Origin: Nitrospirota bacterium | GTDB taxonomy: Bacteria > Nitrospirota > UBA9217 | DNA length: 64,000 nucleotides | NCBI GenBank assembly: GCA_963751455.1 | Contig: CAVVUN010000008.1 | Coordinates: 64,001 to 128,000 of the forward strand | Direction: 5' to 3' | Shown here: in pieces, positions 1-9,300 of the stretch | How positions within the stretch are numbered: the first letter of the stretch is position 1 | How the letters are laid out: each line of letters begins with the position of its first letter | Program-made: the position numbers and the translations under genes | The notes under the pieces: generated by a model | Seen by the model: only the letters and a program-made list of their open reading frames with translations | Told to the model about the DNA's origin: nothing | Database searches by the model: none

Positions 1-552
1 GAACAGGCCGGTCAGGCTGTCCGTCATGGCCTGGTGCTTTACGTGATGGTGAGTCCGCGCATGGTGGATTGCTATGGAAGCGAAGGAGGCAAGGATATCC
101 AGGGCGTGCAGCGCCGACTTCGGAAATCTTCGTGCTGTGAAGTCATCGACGTAGAGGATCCCGACAACATCACCGGAATAGATGAGCGGCACACAGACCA
201 GGGATTTTATACCTTCGTTCACGGCGGCGGAATTCGTGAAGAATGAGGTATTGGTCTTTTTGTTAAATACCGTAACTGTACGTGATTTTAAAATTTGTTC
301 AGTAAGCCCGCCCTTCCTGGCCTTCCACTCCCGGTTCGATATGAACCCTTTGGAAAAGCCCTTATGAGCATACAGCCGCATGGTCCCGGTCCTTGCATTG
401 TACAAGGCAATGCTTCCCGCCCGGGTTTTCGTTATCGCCATTGCTTTCCTCAAAACGACGGCAAGCGCCTTATCGAGGTCGAGCTCGGAAACAACTGTTC
501 GCGCCGTAACCAGTATGTTGAGCGCATGATCGCTGAGCTTCAGCATCGGCAT
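1..552 (-). CDS. GAF-GGDEF diguanylate cyclase, N-terminal part (runs off the left edge)
   Basis: Not in the ORF track. Manual minus-strand translation from ATG 552 gives MPMLKLSDHALNILVTARTVVSELDLDKAL...SLVCVPLIYSGDVVGILYVDD (GAF)...QAMTDSLTGLF, the usual start of a GGDEF domain, open to position 1. Confidence 0.8.
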   Translation of the reverse strand, partial: MPMLKLSDHALNILVTARTVVSELDLDKALAVVLRKAMAITKTRAGSIALYNARTGTMRLYAHKGFSKGFISNREWKARKGGLTEQILKSRTVTVFNKKTNTSFFTNSAAVNEGIKSLVCVPLIYSGDVVGILYVDDFTARRFPKSALHALDILASFASIAIHHARTHHHVKHQAMTDSLTGLF

Positions 553-603
553 TTAATCTACGCCTTTCGTAATGGAAAAAACATAAGATTATGAATATAC
601 ATA

Positions 604-1446
604 TCATACTAATACTATGTTGTCAATCAGGCGGGTCTTGCCGATTCGTGCGGCAATTAATAGTACTATTTTTTTAGCAGGTTGGGAAAGCGGCTCCAGG
701 TTTTCAGGGTCGGCCGCTTCGACATAATCGATGCTGAACCCTGTCTCGCTCTCGAAGATTGTGCGAATTTTGTTTTTCAGTTTTTCAGGATCAGTTGCCC
801 CTGCCAGAAACAGGTCACGAGCCGCGGACAGGGCCTTGAACAACACTGCTGAAGCCCGGCGCTCCTCGGTGCTTAAGTAGGTATTCCGCGAGCTCATTGC
901 CAATCCGTCTGCCTCCCGAACTGTAGGAAGCACTTCGACGCGGACATCGAAGTCAAGTCCTTTTACCATCCGTTTGATCACGACGCACTGCTGAAAATCC
1001 TTCTGGCCAAAGTAAGCAATGTGCGGTTTTATGATGTTGAAAAGCTTCGCGACGACCGTGGCAACGCCCCTGAAATGTCCCGGCCGCACGGCTCCTTCGA
1101 GCAGATCTGCTATTCCCTCGACCGTAACGAAGACGGCCGGTGTTTCAGGATACATCTCTGAGGTGCCGGGCATGAAGAGAACGTCCACTCCGGCAGACAC
1201 GCATTTTTTCCGGTCTCCTTCCTCGTCGTGCGGATAGCGGTTAAGGTCCTCCCGGGGTCCGAACTGCGTAGGGTTCACAAAGATGCTTGCAACAACAACA
1301 TCGCATTCCTCCCGCGCCGCTCGCATGAGAGACAGATGCCCTTCGTGCAGGAAGCCCATGGTGGGAACGAATCCAATCGTCTTTCCCCCATGTCTGAATG
1401 ATTCTGAAACAGACTGCATTTCGGAAATAGTGGTTATGATTCTCAT
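604..1446 (-). CDS. panC: pantoate--beta-alanine ligase
   Basis: VPTMGFLHEGH, SIFVNPTQF, RPGHFRGV, FGQKD, GLAMSSRN and RLIDN motifs. Confidence 0.97.
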   Translation of the reverse strand: MRIITTISEMQSVSESFRHGGKTIGFVPTMGFLHEGHLSLMRAAREECDVVVASIFVNPTQFGPREDLNRYPHDEEGDRKKCVSAGVDVLFMPGTSEMYPETPAVFVTVEGIADLLEGAVRPGHFRGVATVVAKLFNIIKPHIAYFGQKDFQQCVVIKRMVKGLDFDVRVEVLPTVREADGLAMSSRNTYLSTEERRASAVLFKALSAARDLFLAGATDPEKLKNKIRTIFESETGFSIDYVEAADPENLEPLSQPAKKIVLLIAARIGKTRLIDNIVLV

Positions 1447-1591
1447 GGCATTATTCGCATGCGCTCGATATTTTCTGAAACACTTTCGCCTGATGATATA
1501 TCATGCACTACAGTGCATGGGTTGTCAAGGTACTGCCGTTAGTCCGGGATGTGACCTGTTCCTTTTGCGGAGCCTTTTTATAAAGAAAACA

Positions 1592-2782
1592 CTAGGCAAA
1601 CTGCCCGGCTGCGTGGCCGGATGCCCAGGCCCAGTGAAGGTTGTACCCGCCAAGCTGCCCGGTAACGTCCAGCACCTCGCCGATGAAGAACAGACCTGCC
1701 ACTTTTTTTGCCTGCATCGTCTTTGACGAAATTTCTTCCGTATCGATCCCGCCTGTGGTGACTTCCGCATTAGTGTATCCTTCGGTTGCCAGCGGCTTGA
1801 TTTCCCAGGCGTGCAGTTGTTCAGCAATGGCCCGCAGGTCTTTGTCGGAATACTGGACCATCGGCTTCGACAGCGCAAAAAGGTCGCACCAGGTTTCCGC
1901 GAAACGCTTTGAAAAAAAACGCCCGAGGAGTGTCTTCAATTCCATCTTACTGCTGCGCTCACCAATCAATAGGGCCTTGACGTCCCTGTCCGGGAAAAGA
2001 TCGATAATAATCGACGTCCCCTTTTTCCAGTACGATGAGGCCTGAAGCACTGCAGGGCCGCTCAGGCCGCGATGCGTGAAGAGAACATTGCCGCGAAATT
2101 GCCTGCCTTCAACTTTTACCGTTGTATCAAGAGATATGCCCGCCAAATCTCGAAAAGAGTTCCGATCATTCGGTGAAAAGGTGAACGGCACAAGTCCCGG
2201 CTTCAGCTCCCTCACCTTCAGGCCGAACTGCCGCGCTACGGCGTGCCCAAAGCCGGACGCGCCCAAGTTCTCGTATGAGAGGCCGCCTGTGGCAATAACG
2301 AGGCTGTCGGTCGAAACGTCGCCACGACCGGTCACGACCTTGAAAGTCTGCTCCTTGCTGATGCCTGTGATCGCGGTTTTGAGCAGGATTTGGACTCCCG
2401 CGCTGCTGCATTCATTCATGAGCATATTCACGATGTCACGTGAACTTTTTGCGCAGAAGAGCTGGCCGGCCTCTTTCTCATAATACGAAATCCGGTGTTT
2501 TTTAAGCAGGCCGACCATGTCATGCGGAGTGAACCGTGCCAGAGCCGAACGGCAGAAATGGGGGTTTGCAGAGAGATAATGATCCGCGGTCACATTCAGG
2601 TTCGTGAAGTTGCATCGCCCGCCTCCGGAGACCAGGACCTTCGAACAGACCCGGTCTGCATGGTCAAGAAGGAGGACCGAACGGCCCCTCTTCCCGCACT
2701 CGCTCGCGCAGAAAAGTCCTGAAGCGCCTGCGCCGACGATGATGACGTCGAATTTCTTAATAAGTTTATCATGTGCGGACAT
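1592..2782 (-). CDS. HI0933/YhiN(BaiN)-family flavoprotein
   Basis: GAGASG FAD motif, SGGGRCNFTN, LFTHRGLSGP, AEVTTGG, GGYNLHWAWASG. Confidence 0.93.
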   Translation of the reverse strand: MSAHDKLIKKFDVIIVGAGASGLFCASECGKRGRSVLLLDHADRVCSKVLVSGGGRCNFTNLNVTADHYLSANPHFCRSALARFTPHDMVGLLKKHRISYYEKEAGQLFCAKSSRDIVNMLMNECSSAGVQILLKTAITGISKEQTFKVVTGRGDVSTDSLVIATGGLSYENLGASGFGHAVARQFGLKVRELKPGLVPFTFSPNDRNSFRDLAGISLDTTVKVEGRQFRGNVLFTHRGLSGPAVLQASSYWKKGTSIIIDLFPDRDVKALLIGERSSKMELKTLLGRFFSKRFAETWCDLFALSKPMVQYSDKDLRAIAEQLHAWEIKPLATEGYTNAEVTTGGIDTEEISSKTMQAKKVAGLFFIGEVLDVTGQLGGYNLHWAWASGHAAGQFA

Positions 2783-2997
2783 GGAAGCACTATACCGAAG
2801 GAGGGGAAAAAAACAAGCAGTTTGTCAGCGGGATTGCTGAGCAGCCAATATGACCAGTATTACGTTGTTAAGTTCGCCTTTTGTAAAAATAGTTTTCATT
2901 GAGAGGGGTAAATAAAGCTTGCTATTTAAGCTCTTTTTCCCTAAAGTCCCATTAAAACGTTGAGTTAGCGAGTGATAAACAAATATGTTATTTCGAC

Positions 2998-3026
2998 TTG
3001 ACAGTTAACCTAAAAGTTAATATTAT
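2998..3026 (+). promoter_or_regulatory. sigma70 promoter with inverted-repeat operator for the TAC operon
   Basis: TTGACA (2998-3003), 17-nt spacer, TATTAT (3021-3026). The spacer holds the inverted repeat TTAAC-N6-GTTAA, as expected for antitoxin autoregulation. The -10 overlaps ATG 3025, so the exact start is uncertain. Confidence 0.65.
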
Positions 3027-3438
3027 GTATATAAAGAAAATAAGAACGATAGATGGTTGCGCCTGGCGGGTATACGCGGCATGCTCGGACCGCGGAGATT
3101 GTCAAGTTTCGGAGTTCCTTTCAAATCAACCTTCAAATCTGGAAGCAAATAGAGATAGATTGATCGCCCTGCTGGATCATGTAGTAAAAAATGGTCCTCG
3201 CCGACTGCCGGCGGATATTTGTCACCAAATAGCGGAAGATATCTGGGAATTCATTGCCGGAAGACTTCGTGTCGCATGGTTCTATGATGAAGGGAAACTT
3301 ATCGTTTGTACTCATGGCTTCATGAAACAATCGCAAAAAACGAAAAAATCGGATATAGAACGAGCATTAAAGGCAAAAACATTTTACCTCAAAGAGAAAG
3401 CGAGCAACAATTTAATATTTTTAAATGATGAGGAGTAA
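3025..3438 (+). CDS. RelE/HigB-family (phage Gp49-like) toxin
   Basis: Size, IWEF...LRVAWFY...IVCTHGFMKQSQKT pattern typical of Gp49-like RelE toxins, toxin-first order. Confidence 0.82.
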   Translation: MYIKKIRTIDGCAWRVYAACSDRGDCQVSEFLSNQPSNLEANRDRLIALLDHVVKNGPRRLPADICHQIAEDIWEFIAGRLRVAWFYDEGKLIVCTHGFMKQSQKTKKSDIERALKAKTFYLKEKASNNLIFLNDEE

Positions 3439-3441
3439 GCG

Positions 3442-3840
3442 ATGAAGAAGCAATCTCTCGCGTCACTGTTTGAAAAAGTTAAAACTAAGGACACTTACTG
3501 GACAAGCAAAGCGATATTGGAGTTCACCTCAGACCTCTATCAGCTTATGAAGCAAAAAGGCTTGACCAAGGCGGATATGGCGCGTTCTCTCAAAACCAGT
3601 CAGGCCTATATGACCAAAGTCTTTAAAGGTGACGTAAATTTTACTATCGATTCAATGGTTCGACTCACCAGGACGCTCGGGGGAAAAGTTCATATACATG
3701 TGGTGGCCGATAATGTAGATGTTCGCTGGTTTGACGTAATCAAAGGGGAAAAGAAACCCGAGGTTTCATGGAAGTCACCTGAAATTGAAGAGATCGAGAG
3801 CGAGGTTTCGAAAGATGTCAAAGGCCCCATTGCGGCTTAA
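3442..3840 (+). CDS. HTH-XRE (HigA-like) antitoxin with C-terminal chaperone-addiction (ChAD)-like tail
   Basis: MKQKGLTKADMARSLKTSQAYMTKVFKGDVNFTIDSMVRL HTH, then a ~44-aa aromatic/acidic tail ending in AA. Confidence 0.82.
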   Translation: MKKQSLASLFEKVKTKDTYWTSKAILEFTSDLYQLMKQKGLTKADMARSLKTSQAYMTKVFKGDVNFTIDSMVRLTRTLGGKVHIHVVADNVDVRWFDVIKGEKKPEVSWKSPEIEEIESEVSKDVKGPIAA

Positions 3841-4264
3841 AAATTATTTCTGTACCGAAGTCTCTTTAAAGGCGAACCCGAATTTTAAATATGAGGACTT
3901 TAAAGAGGAAAATATAGACTTTTCTGTTAAATCAAACGTGCGCGTTGGCACACTTAAACAGAACCCGCTTGATTTTCAGGTCATGCTCGATGTTAAAATT
4001 GAACCTATTGATGAGCGGCCCTTGCCTTATGATGTATCGCTTGCCCTAGTGGGGTTCTTTGAGGTCGATCCCGATTACTCTGCAACTCCCCCTGCCGACC
4101 TCGTCAGAGTGACAGGGTCATCGATCCTGTACAGTGCGGCACGAGAGTTCCTGTTGTCACTCATGGGACGTGGCCCTTGGGAGCCGCTCATGCTGCCCGC
4201 AACATCATTTCTTCACTTCGCCGACAAGAAAAAAGATAAACAGGACGCAGTTGGAAAACCATAA
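3815..4264 (+). CDS. SecB-like chaperone (TAC third component)
   Basis: Start reassigned to ATG 3815 (SD GAGGT). PLRLKNY N-strand, YDVSLALVGFF, SILYSAAREFLLSLMGRGPWEPLMLP match the SecB C-terminal pattern. Overlaps the antitoxin stop. Confidence 0.85.
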   Translation: MSKAPLRLKNYFCTEVSLKANPNFKYEDFKEENIDFSVKSNVRVGTLKQNPLDFQVMLDVKIEPIDERPLPYDVSLALVGFFEVDPDYSATPPADLVRVTGSSILYSAAREFLLSLMGRGPWEPLMLPATSFLHFADKKKDKQDAVGKP

Positions 4265-4341
4265 AGAGCGCCTAGTGCTGATAAGTTCTGTTATTGAATG
4301 ATCTATGGATTAACGTTCAAAGGAAGCAGCAAATATCTTTC

Positions 4342-4635
4342 TTATTTGAAATAACCAACGTCTCTCAGTTTTTGTTCTGCCCTGTCAAGAACTTCTGGCG
4401 CAAAGAGAGTACGGTACGGCTCTCGACGAATGATCGCTTCAACAGACAAATCTAACCGTCCTAATCGCCACAACCTTTCAAAGCCCTCGTAACTCCCCAT
4501 GTATAACCGTTCAATCGTACCGCGGTCACTAAGGAGTCGCATAAATCCAGTGGGGTTATAGCCAAGCGTTTGACATTCACGAGTAGCGCGCAAAAATTCA
4601 TCTCGCAACAGTATTTCCAGATCACGCTTTGACAA
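4342..4635 (-). CDS. small hypothetical protein at the end of the Druantia-like operon
   Basis: Likely TTG start 4635 behind SD GGAG. GYNPTGFMRLL...GFERLWRLGRLDLSVEA motif resembles a conserved ~100-aa family I recall from defence islands. Confidence 0.6.
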   Translation of the reverse strand: MSKRDLEILLRDEFLRATRECQTLGYNPTGFMRLLSDRGTIERLYMGSYEGFERLWRLGRLDLSVEAIIRREPYRTLFAPEVLDRAEQKLRDVGYFK

Positions 4636-4742
4636 AAGGATTTCTCCGCTGCGGTACCTGAACGGCCTTATACATTTGAATTTGCTGGGAGTCATGAGGT
4701 CAAACAGCTCGGAAGCGCCCCCTGCCATCCGATCCCGACGGA

Positions 4743-5153
4743 TCATTTGGAGATCACGCTCCCAAGTCTATTCTTTACCGCGCCCGGCTTCTTTTCTGCC
4801 TCGCATTCCCATACCACAACGACGCGCCATCCCATTTTGCGTAGTGCAAGAACATGTTCTTTATCACGGAGCACATTACGCCTCAGTTTCGATCCCCAGT
4901 ATCGCCGTTTTGTCTTGGGTATTATTCCTTCGCGACATCCCTTGTGTTGATGCCAAAAGCAACCATGAACAAATATCACGGTTTTATACTTAGGCATCAC
5001 AATATCGGGCCGACCGGGCAGATCAGCCCTGTGGAGCCTGAAGCGGTATCCCATACGATGCAGCAAAGACCGCACTATGTGCTCCGGCTTCGTATTTTCT
5101 GAGCGAATGCGAGACATTACATCGCTCCGCTTTTTGGGAGACCAGATATCTAT
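4743..5153 (-). CDS. vsr: very short patch repair endonuclease
   Basis: MSRIRSENTKPE, LPGRPDIV, FVHGCFWH, W..K..RNV.RD, VWECE. In-frame upstream IDIWSPKKRSDV matches the Vsr N-terminus, so the start is ATA 5153 or ATG 5117. Confidence 0.93.
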   Translation of the reverse strand: MDIWSPKKRSDVMSRIRSENTKPEHIVRSLLHRMGYRFRLHRADLPGRPDIVMPKYKTVIFVHGCFWHQHKGCREGIIPKTKRRYWGSKLRRNVLRDKEHVLALRKMGWRVVVVWECEAEKKPGAVKNRLGSVISK

Positions 5154-6319
5154 TTTGTCCTCCGTTTTCCTTTCGATTTCCTGTTTATAGACTCTATCTT
5201 CACTATCAGGGTTTTCATTGAATTTGCCACGACCTTGGCCAATGGCACAGGCACACCATTGCTGACCATTTTAAATGCAGTCGTCAAAAACACATTCTTG
5301 GGCAGAATATAGGATTCTGGAATGCCCTGAATTCGCATCACTTCACGCAGCGAAAGACGCCTCGGTTCCCATGGATGCAAGTGCACTTCATTATTTCCAT
5401 AGCATGCTGTCGGGCTGTAACGGTACCGATGAAGCCTCTTGAACGATTTCCCTGTGCTATCACCTTCTTTAACCCGAAAGAATTTATTCGAGTATGAATT
5501 AAATATGTTATTCGCGTTGGGGATTCTGTTCCGGTCACTTTTCCGCACCAAGCAGCTGGAGACGCAGAGCTTATCTGGTACGTCTTTTGGCCTTTGCGGC
5601 CGCTCGCCCAAACGGACTTGGCTTGGCCATTTATATGCTTTTTTTGCGTTCGAAAACTTACTTGCTGGCCATGGAAACCAAGACGCGTTAGGGTCAAACG
5701 CATGCTCCCGGAAGTAGCGATTAGCGAAACTCTTTTTGATCCCAACAACAAATAACCTCTCGCGGTGCTGCGGTACCCCGTACTCAAGCGCGTTCAAAAT
5801 CCTCTCGTCAATAGCATATCCCGCGCGTTCCAGCTTCCGCTTCACGCGGTTGAGAAACTTGCGGTGCCTCGTGAATCTCGCCAAACCGCTGACGTTTTCC
5901 AAAACAAAGAATGTCGGTTTAATCTGGCATAACAGCTCAACATATGTTTTCGTGAGTCTTCCATTCACTCCGTTATGGCCTTTATGCTGGCCTGCTTGGC
6001 TAAAATCTGGGCATGGAGGAGCACCTACCACTCCGAATAAGTGTGGCCTTTTGCGGGGGAAGGCATCTGCCAGGATTTTTGCATGCGTCAACTCCTCGAT
6101 TGAGGATTCTTCAATAACTATACTGCAGTGCGATTGTTTCCTCCGTCGGCGCCATGATGGGTATGCCTTCTTGTACAGATCCAAAAAAGCGGTGCTATGC
6201 TCATTGACCCATATGACCCGGAAACCCTCCTGTTCAAACCCCATATCCAGGAAGCCTCCGCCAGTGAAGAACGACAATAGAGGAATTGCCTTTGACGCGT
6301 TGTTGTTAGACGAGTGCAT
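5150..6319 (-). CDS. C5 DNA cytosine methyltransferase
   Basis: Motif I FFTGGGFLDMGF, IV APPCPDFS, VI ENV, VIII PQHRERLF, IX RLSLRE...QG.P, X VSNGVP. Start reassigned to ATG 6319, just downstream of the helicase stop. Confidence 0.93.
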   Translation of the reverse strand: MHSSNNNASKAIPLLSFFTGGGFLDMGFEQEGFRVIWVNEHSTAFLDLYKKAYPSWRRRRKQSHCSIVIEESSIEELTHAKILADAFPRKRPHLFGVVGAPPCPDFSQAGQHKGHNGVNGRLTKTYVELLCQIKPTFFVLENVSGLARFTRHRKFLNRVKRKLERAGYAIDERILNALEYGVPQHRERLFVVGIKKSFANRYFREHAFDPNASWFPWPASKFSNAKKAYKWPSQVRLGERPQRPKDVPDKLCVSSCLVRKSDRNRIPNANNIFNSYSNKFFRVKEGDSTGKSFKRLHRYRYSPTACYGNNEVHLHPWEPRRLSLREVMRIQGIPESYILPKNVFLTTAFKMVSNGVPVPLAKVVANSMKTLIVKIESINRKSKGKRRTK

Positions 6320-6345
6320 GTTCGTAGTTCTCACCTGTTTCTTCC

Positions 6346-9300
6346 TTAATAAGGCCTGCGCAGCACATCGAAGAGGGACTTCAACACGACTCGACGACCC
6401 GTGGCTGTGGCTTGTGCGTGGGCCACTGCCAGCTGCGGGTGAATGTTGTGCAGATCGCTGATATCCCACAAGGGGTGAGTAACTATTTCGATGATATTGC
6501 CGCGCTGGCCGGCTTGCAGCCCGGCAAGCGTTACACGCTGCATGCCTGATCCCGTGAAGTAGTTCGGAACTACGGTCGAGTACAGTGCAGCCCAGTACGG
6601 TTCCGTGAAGTCAATAGCCGCCGTTGCATCGAGAGCCAGCCGCGCCAAATCAAGACCAAGTCGCCAGTCGAGAATGTTATGGTAGGCAAGATTGCTGAAG
6701 TCACGCACACAGTCCGGACATGAAGTCTGGCAATTCACGGTGTGAGTCGATGCGACAAGGGGCGCGTGAAATCTCGTGTCGCCGATCCCAACTACATATT
6801 GCAGGAGCTGTCCGGCTTGGGCCGGCTGCCCGAGGCGGGAGCTGTAACCGGCCCCATTGTCCAGGCTGTCCGACATGAAGACTTGGCCAGAGATGCTTCC
6901 CGATGGCTCCCGCACCACTCGAAGCCCGACCTTCAACTCGCGCTCGTCAATATCCAGTAGATCAGCTGCGGCGCGGCGTAGCAGGAAACCAAACGAGTAG
7001 AGCGCGGCCCGCCCGTACACATTCTGAGGCGACGCAAAAACTCCCGTTGGCCATTGTGTAATACCGAGCAACATCAAATCTGTTATCTTGATAGAGGCAA
7101 GAGCACGGCGATCCGTGCCCGCAATGACATCAAAACGAACATTTACACGGTTTATTTGCGCAAGAGCCTCTTGCGTAACCCATGTCTCGCTGCGCTCGAG
7201 TTTTCTGAACTCGAAGCTGCGACCATCGTTGTCATTGATCACGTAGACCGTCTCTTGATCCGACCAAACCCCGAAGTTGGATTGTCGGGTTAACGGACGC
7301 ATGGTGGCACCTGCTTTCGGTCTCGAGGCCCTCGGCGACCATTCGAACTGCCCGTCGAAGTCGCGACTCGCGCCGTCCCAGGTACGAAACCCAAGCGGTT
7401 GTGCCAGCTGAATCACCTCGAATTCGGATGAATTGCAAACAGAGCAGTGTGTTGCACCCGGTGACGGTGAAGCATCAACCGCCTGGCACGCACGGCAAAG
7501 CCCGATGGGCACAGGCGGGCCGAGCGGACCCGGCTGCTCATCCACCCCCCTTGGGCCAGGCATGTAATGAACAACACCAATTGAGGTATGAATGAGGCCG
7601 TCCTTTACCGTTTCCGAACCGGGTGCGAATTGGCTGATTGCCAGGTCCAGTTCCCGGTCTACAACCCCCTCTTCCGGGGGCCAATCGGCGCGTGACGGCC
7701 TCTCATGAAAGAGCAGCCGCACGCGCGTCGGGAATCCGAACATCGGAAGAAGCCCTGCTTCAGCAAGACGCTGGCTCAAGTGTTCATGGGCAAAAGCTGA
7801 GCTGGCTGCTATCGTGTCAATCTCGCCAATAAGGTCGTGGTTAACAAAATCGAGCAGGAATTGCCGACGAGCATGCAAGTTGCTGTGAACCAACAGTATA
7901 TCGCATACTCTTTCGACTTCACGCGAGTGATTGTGGATCCAGCCAGCAATCAAGTCTCGGACGGTGGGACCGGCGTTTAGAGGCTGACCCCATCCCGCTG
8001 CGGTACCGAATTCTCCATGCACGCTATCCGCCGAGGGTGCCAAGTTTAACTGATCAAATGCCTGCCGCAGGACCTCCTTGACCAGCACACGTTTCAAGAT
8101 GGGTTCACTGCCCAAATCTACATAGGGAACGGGTGGCGGGTCGGATGTTATCCGGTCTGGCCGCTGAAAATAATAGTCGTCATGACTCCGCCCTCGGCAA
8201 AGGGTAAGCGCAACAGACAGCCCTGCACCGCGACGCCCCGCGCGACCGACGCGTTGCTGGTAGTTAAATCTCATGGGCGGCATATTTGCCATCATCACCG
8301 CGAGCAGCCCGCCAATATCCACGCCAGCTTCCATGGTCGTAGTAACACTAAGCAGATCTACGGGATCCGTCAGCCCGTTCTCCAACTGAGGCAATACAAT
8401 GTTCTGGAATAATCGCTGCCGGCGGCGCGCATCGTTCTTGTTCGTCTGCCCCGTGAGTTCCTCGCAATTCAGGCGGTATGGTTCGCCTGCCCGTGTTGCA
8501 AGATAGGCGTAGTAATCGTCACCCAGCGGACGGGCCGCCATCATCAGAGGAGCGCCAAGCGGCTCCAGACACTCAGTACAGATTCCACCAGCTCGGTGCA
8601 GATGAAGGCGCCTGCATTGCCGGCACTCAAAAAAAACATCGCCGGGCGGCTGCAAGCAAAGCGCGCGGTCTTGAAGCACGAACTGGTTCAGGCAACCGGC
8701 CTGCTCAAGGTAGTTAACAACGTCTCGCAGCAGGTCATCCCGCACGAGGCCTTGCAGATTGGCAACCGCCTCAACGTAGTTGCGCACATAGCCAGGCGCC
8801 GCCGCCAAACTATTCGCATCTTTGGAGGATAGCTTTCGCCGGGAGCCGAGGATTCTGATAACGCCGTCCGCGGTTTCTTGTATAACCGAATTCGGTTGCG
8901 GGTATTCGATGCGGTCTGCCGTTACATAAGCAAGCCGCAAAGACTCCAGACTCCTCCGGCCCGATGCAAAAATGATATCCATCAGCTCTTGCTCGGTATG
9001 TTGATGGATTTGCCGGAGATGGATCTGCTGGGCGGGATTCAGTGCGCTTGGTGGCTTCTCAGACGGAACGCCACCTGCTGGCCAGTTATACAAATCCTGC
9101 CAGTGGCCCCTTTTGTTTAACGGGTCTGACCAAAGAACGTCTTGCGACCATCCTCCAGGATTCATACCCCGATCGAGGAGTTGCCCGGCTGCATCCAGAG
9201 CCAGCGGTGTGATAGCGAACGGACCTGTGACTGCACGGTTCCGGATGCGCTGAGCCGCCTGCTGCCAAGTTAGCGCAGGATTTGTAATGGATGGCTGATT

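Noticed and set aside
34-594. Plus-strand ORFs at the window start
   Set aside because: Antisense to the partial GAF-GGDEF gene.
6320-6469. N-terminal extension of the MTase ORF (439 aa)
   Set aside because: Overlaps the helicase 3' end; motif I begins shortly after ATG 6319.
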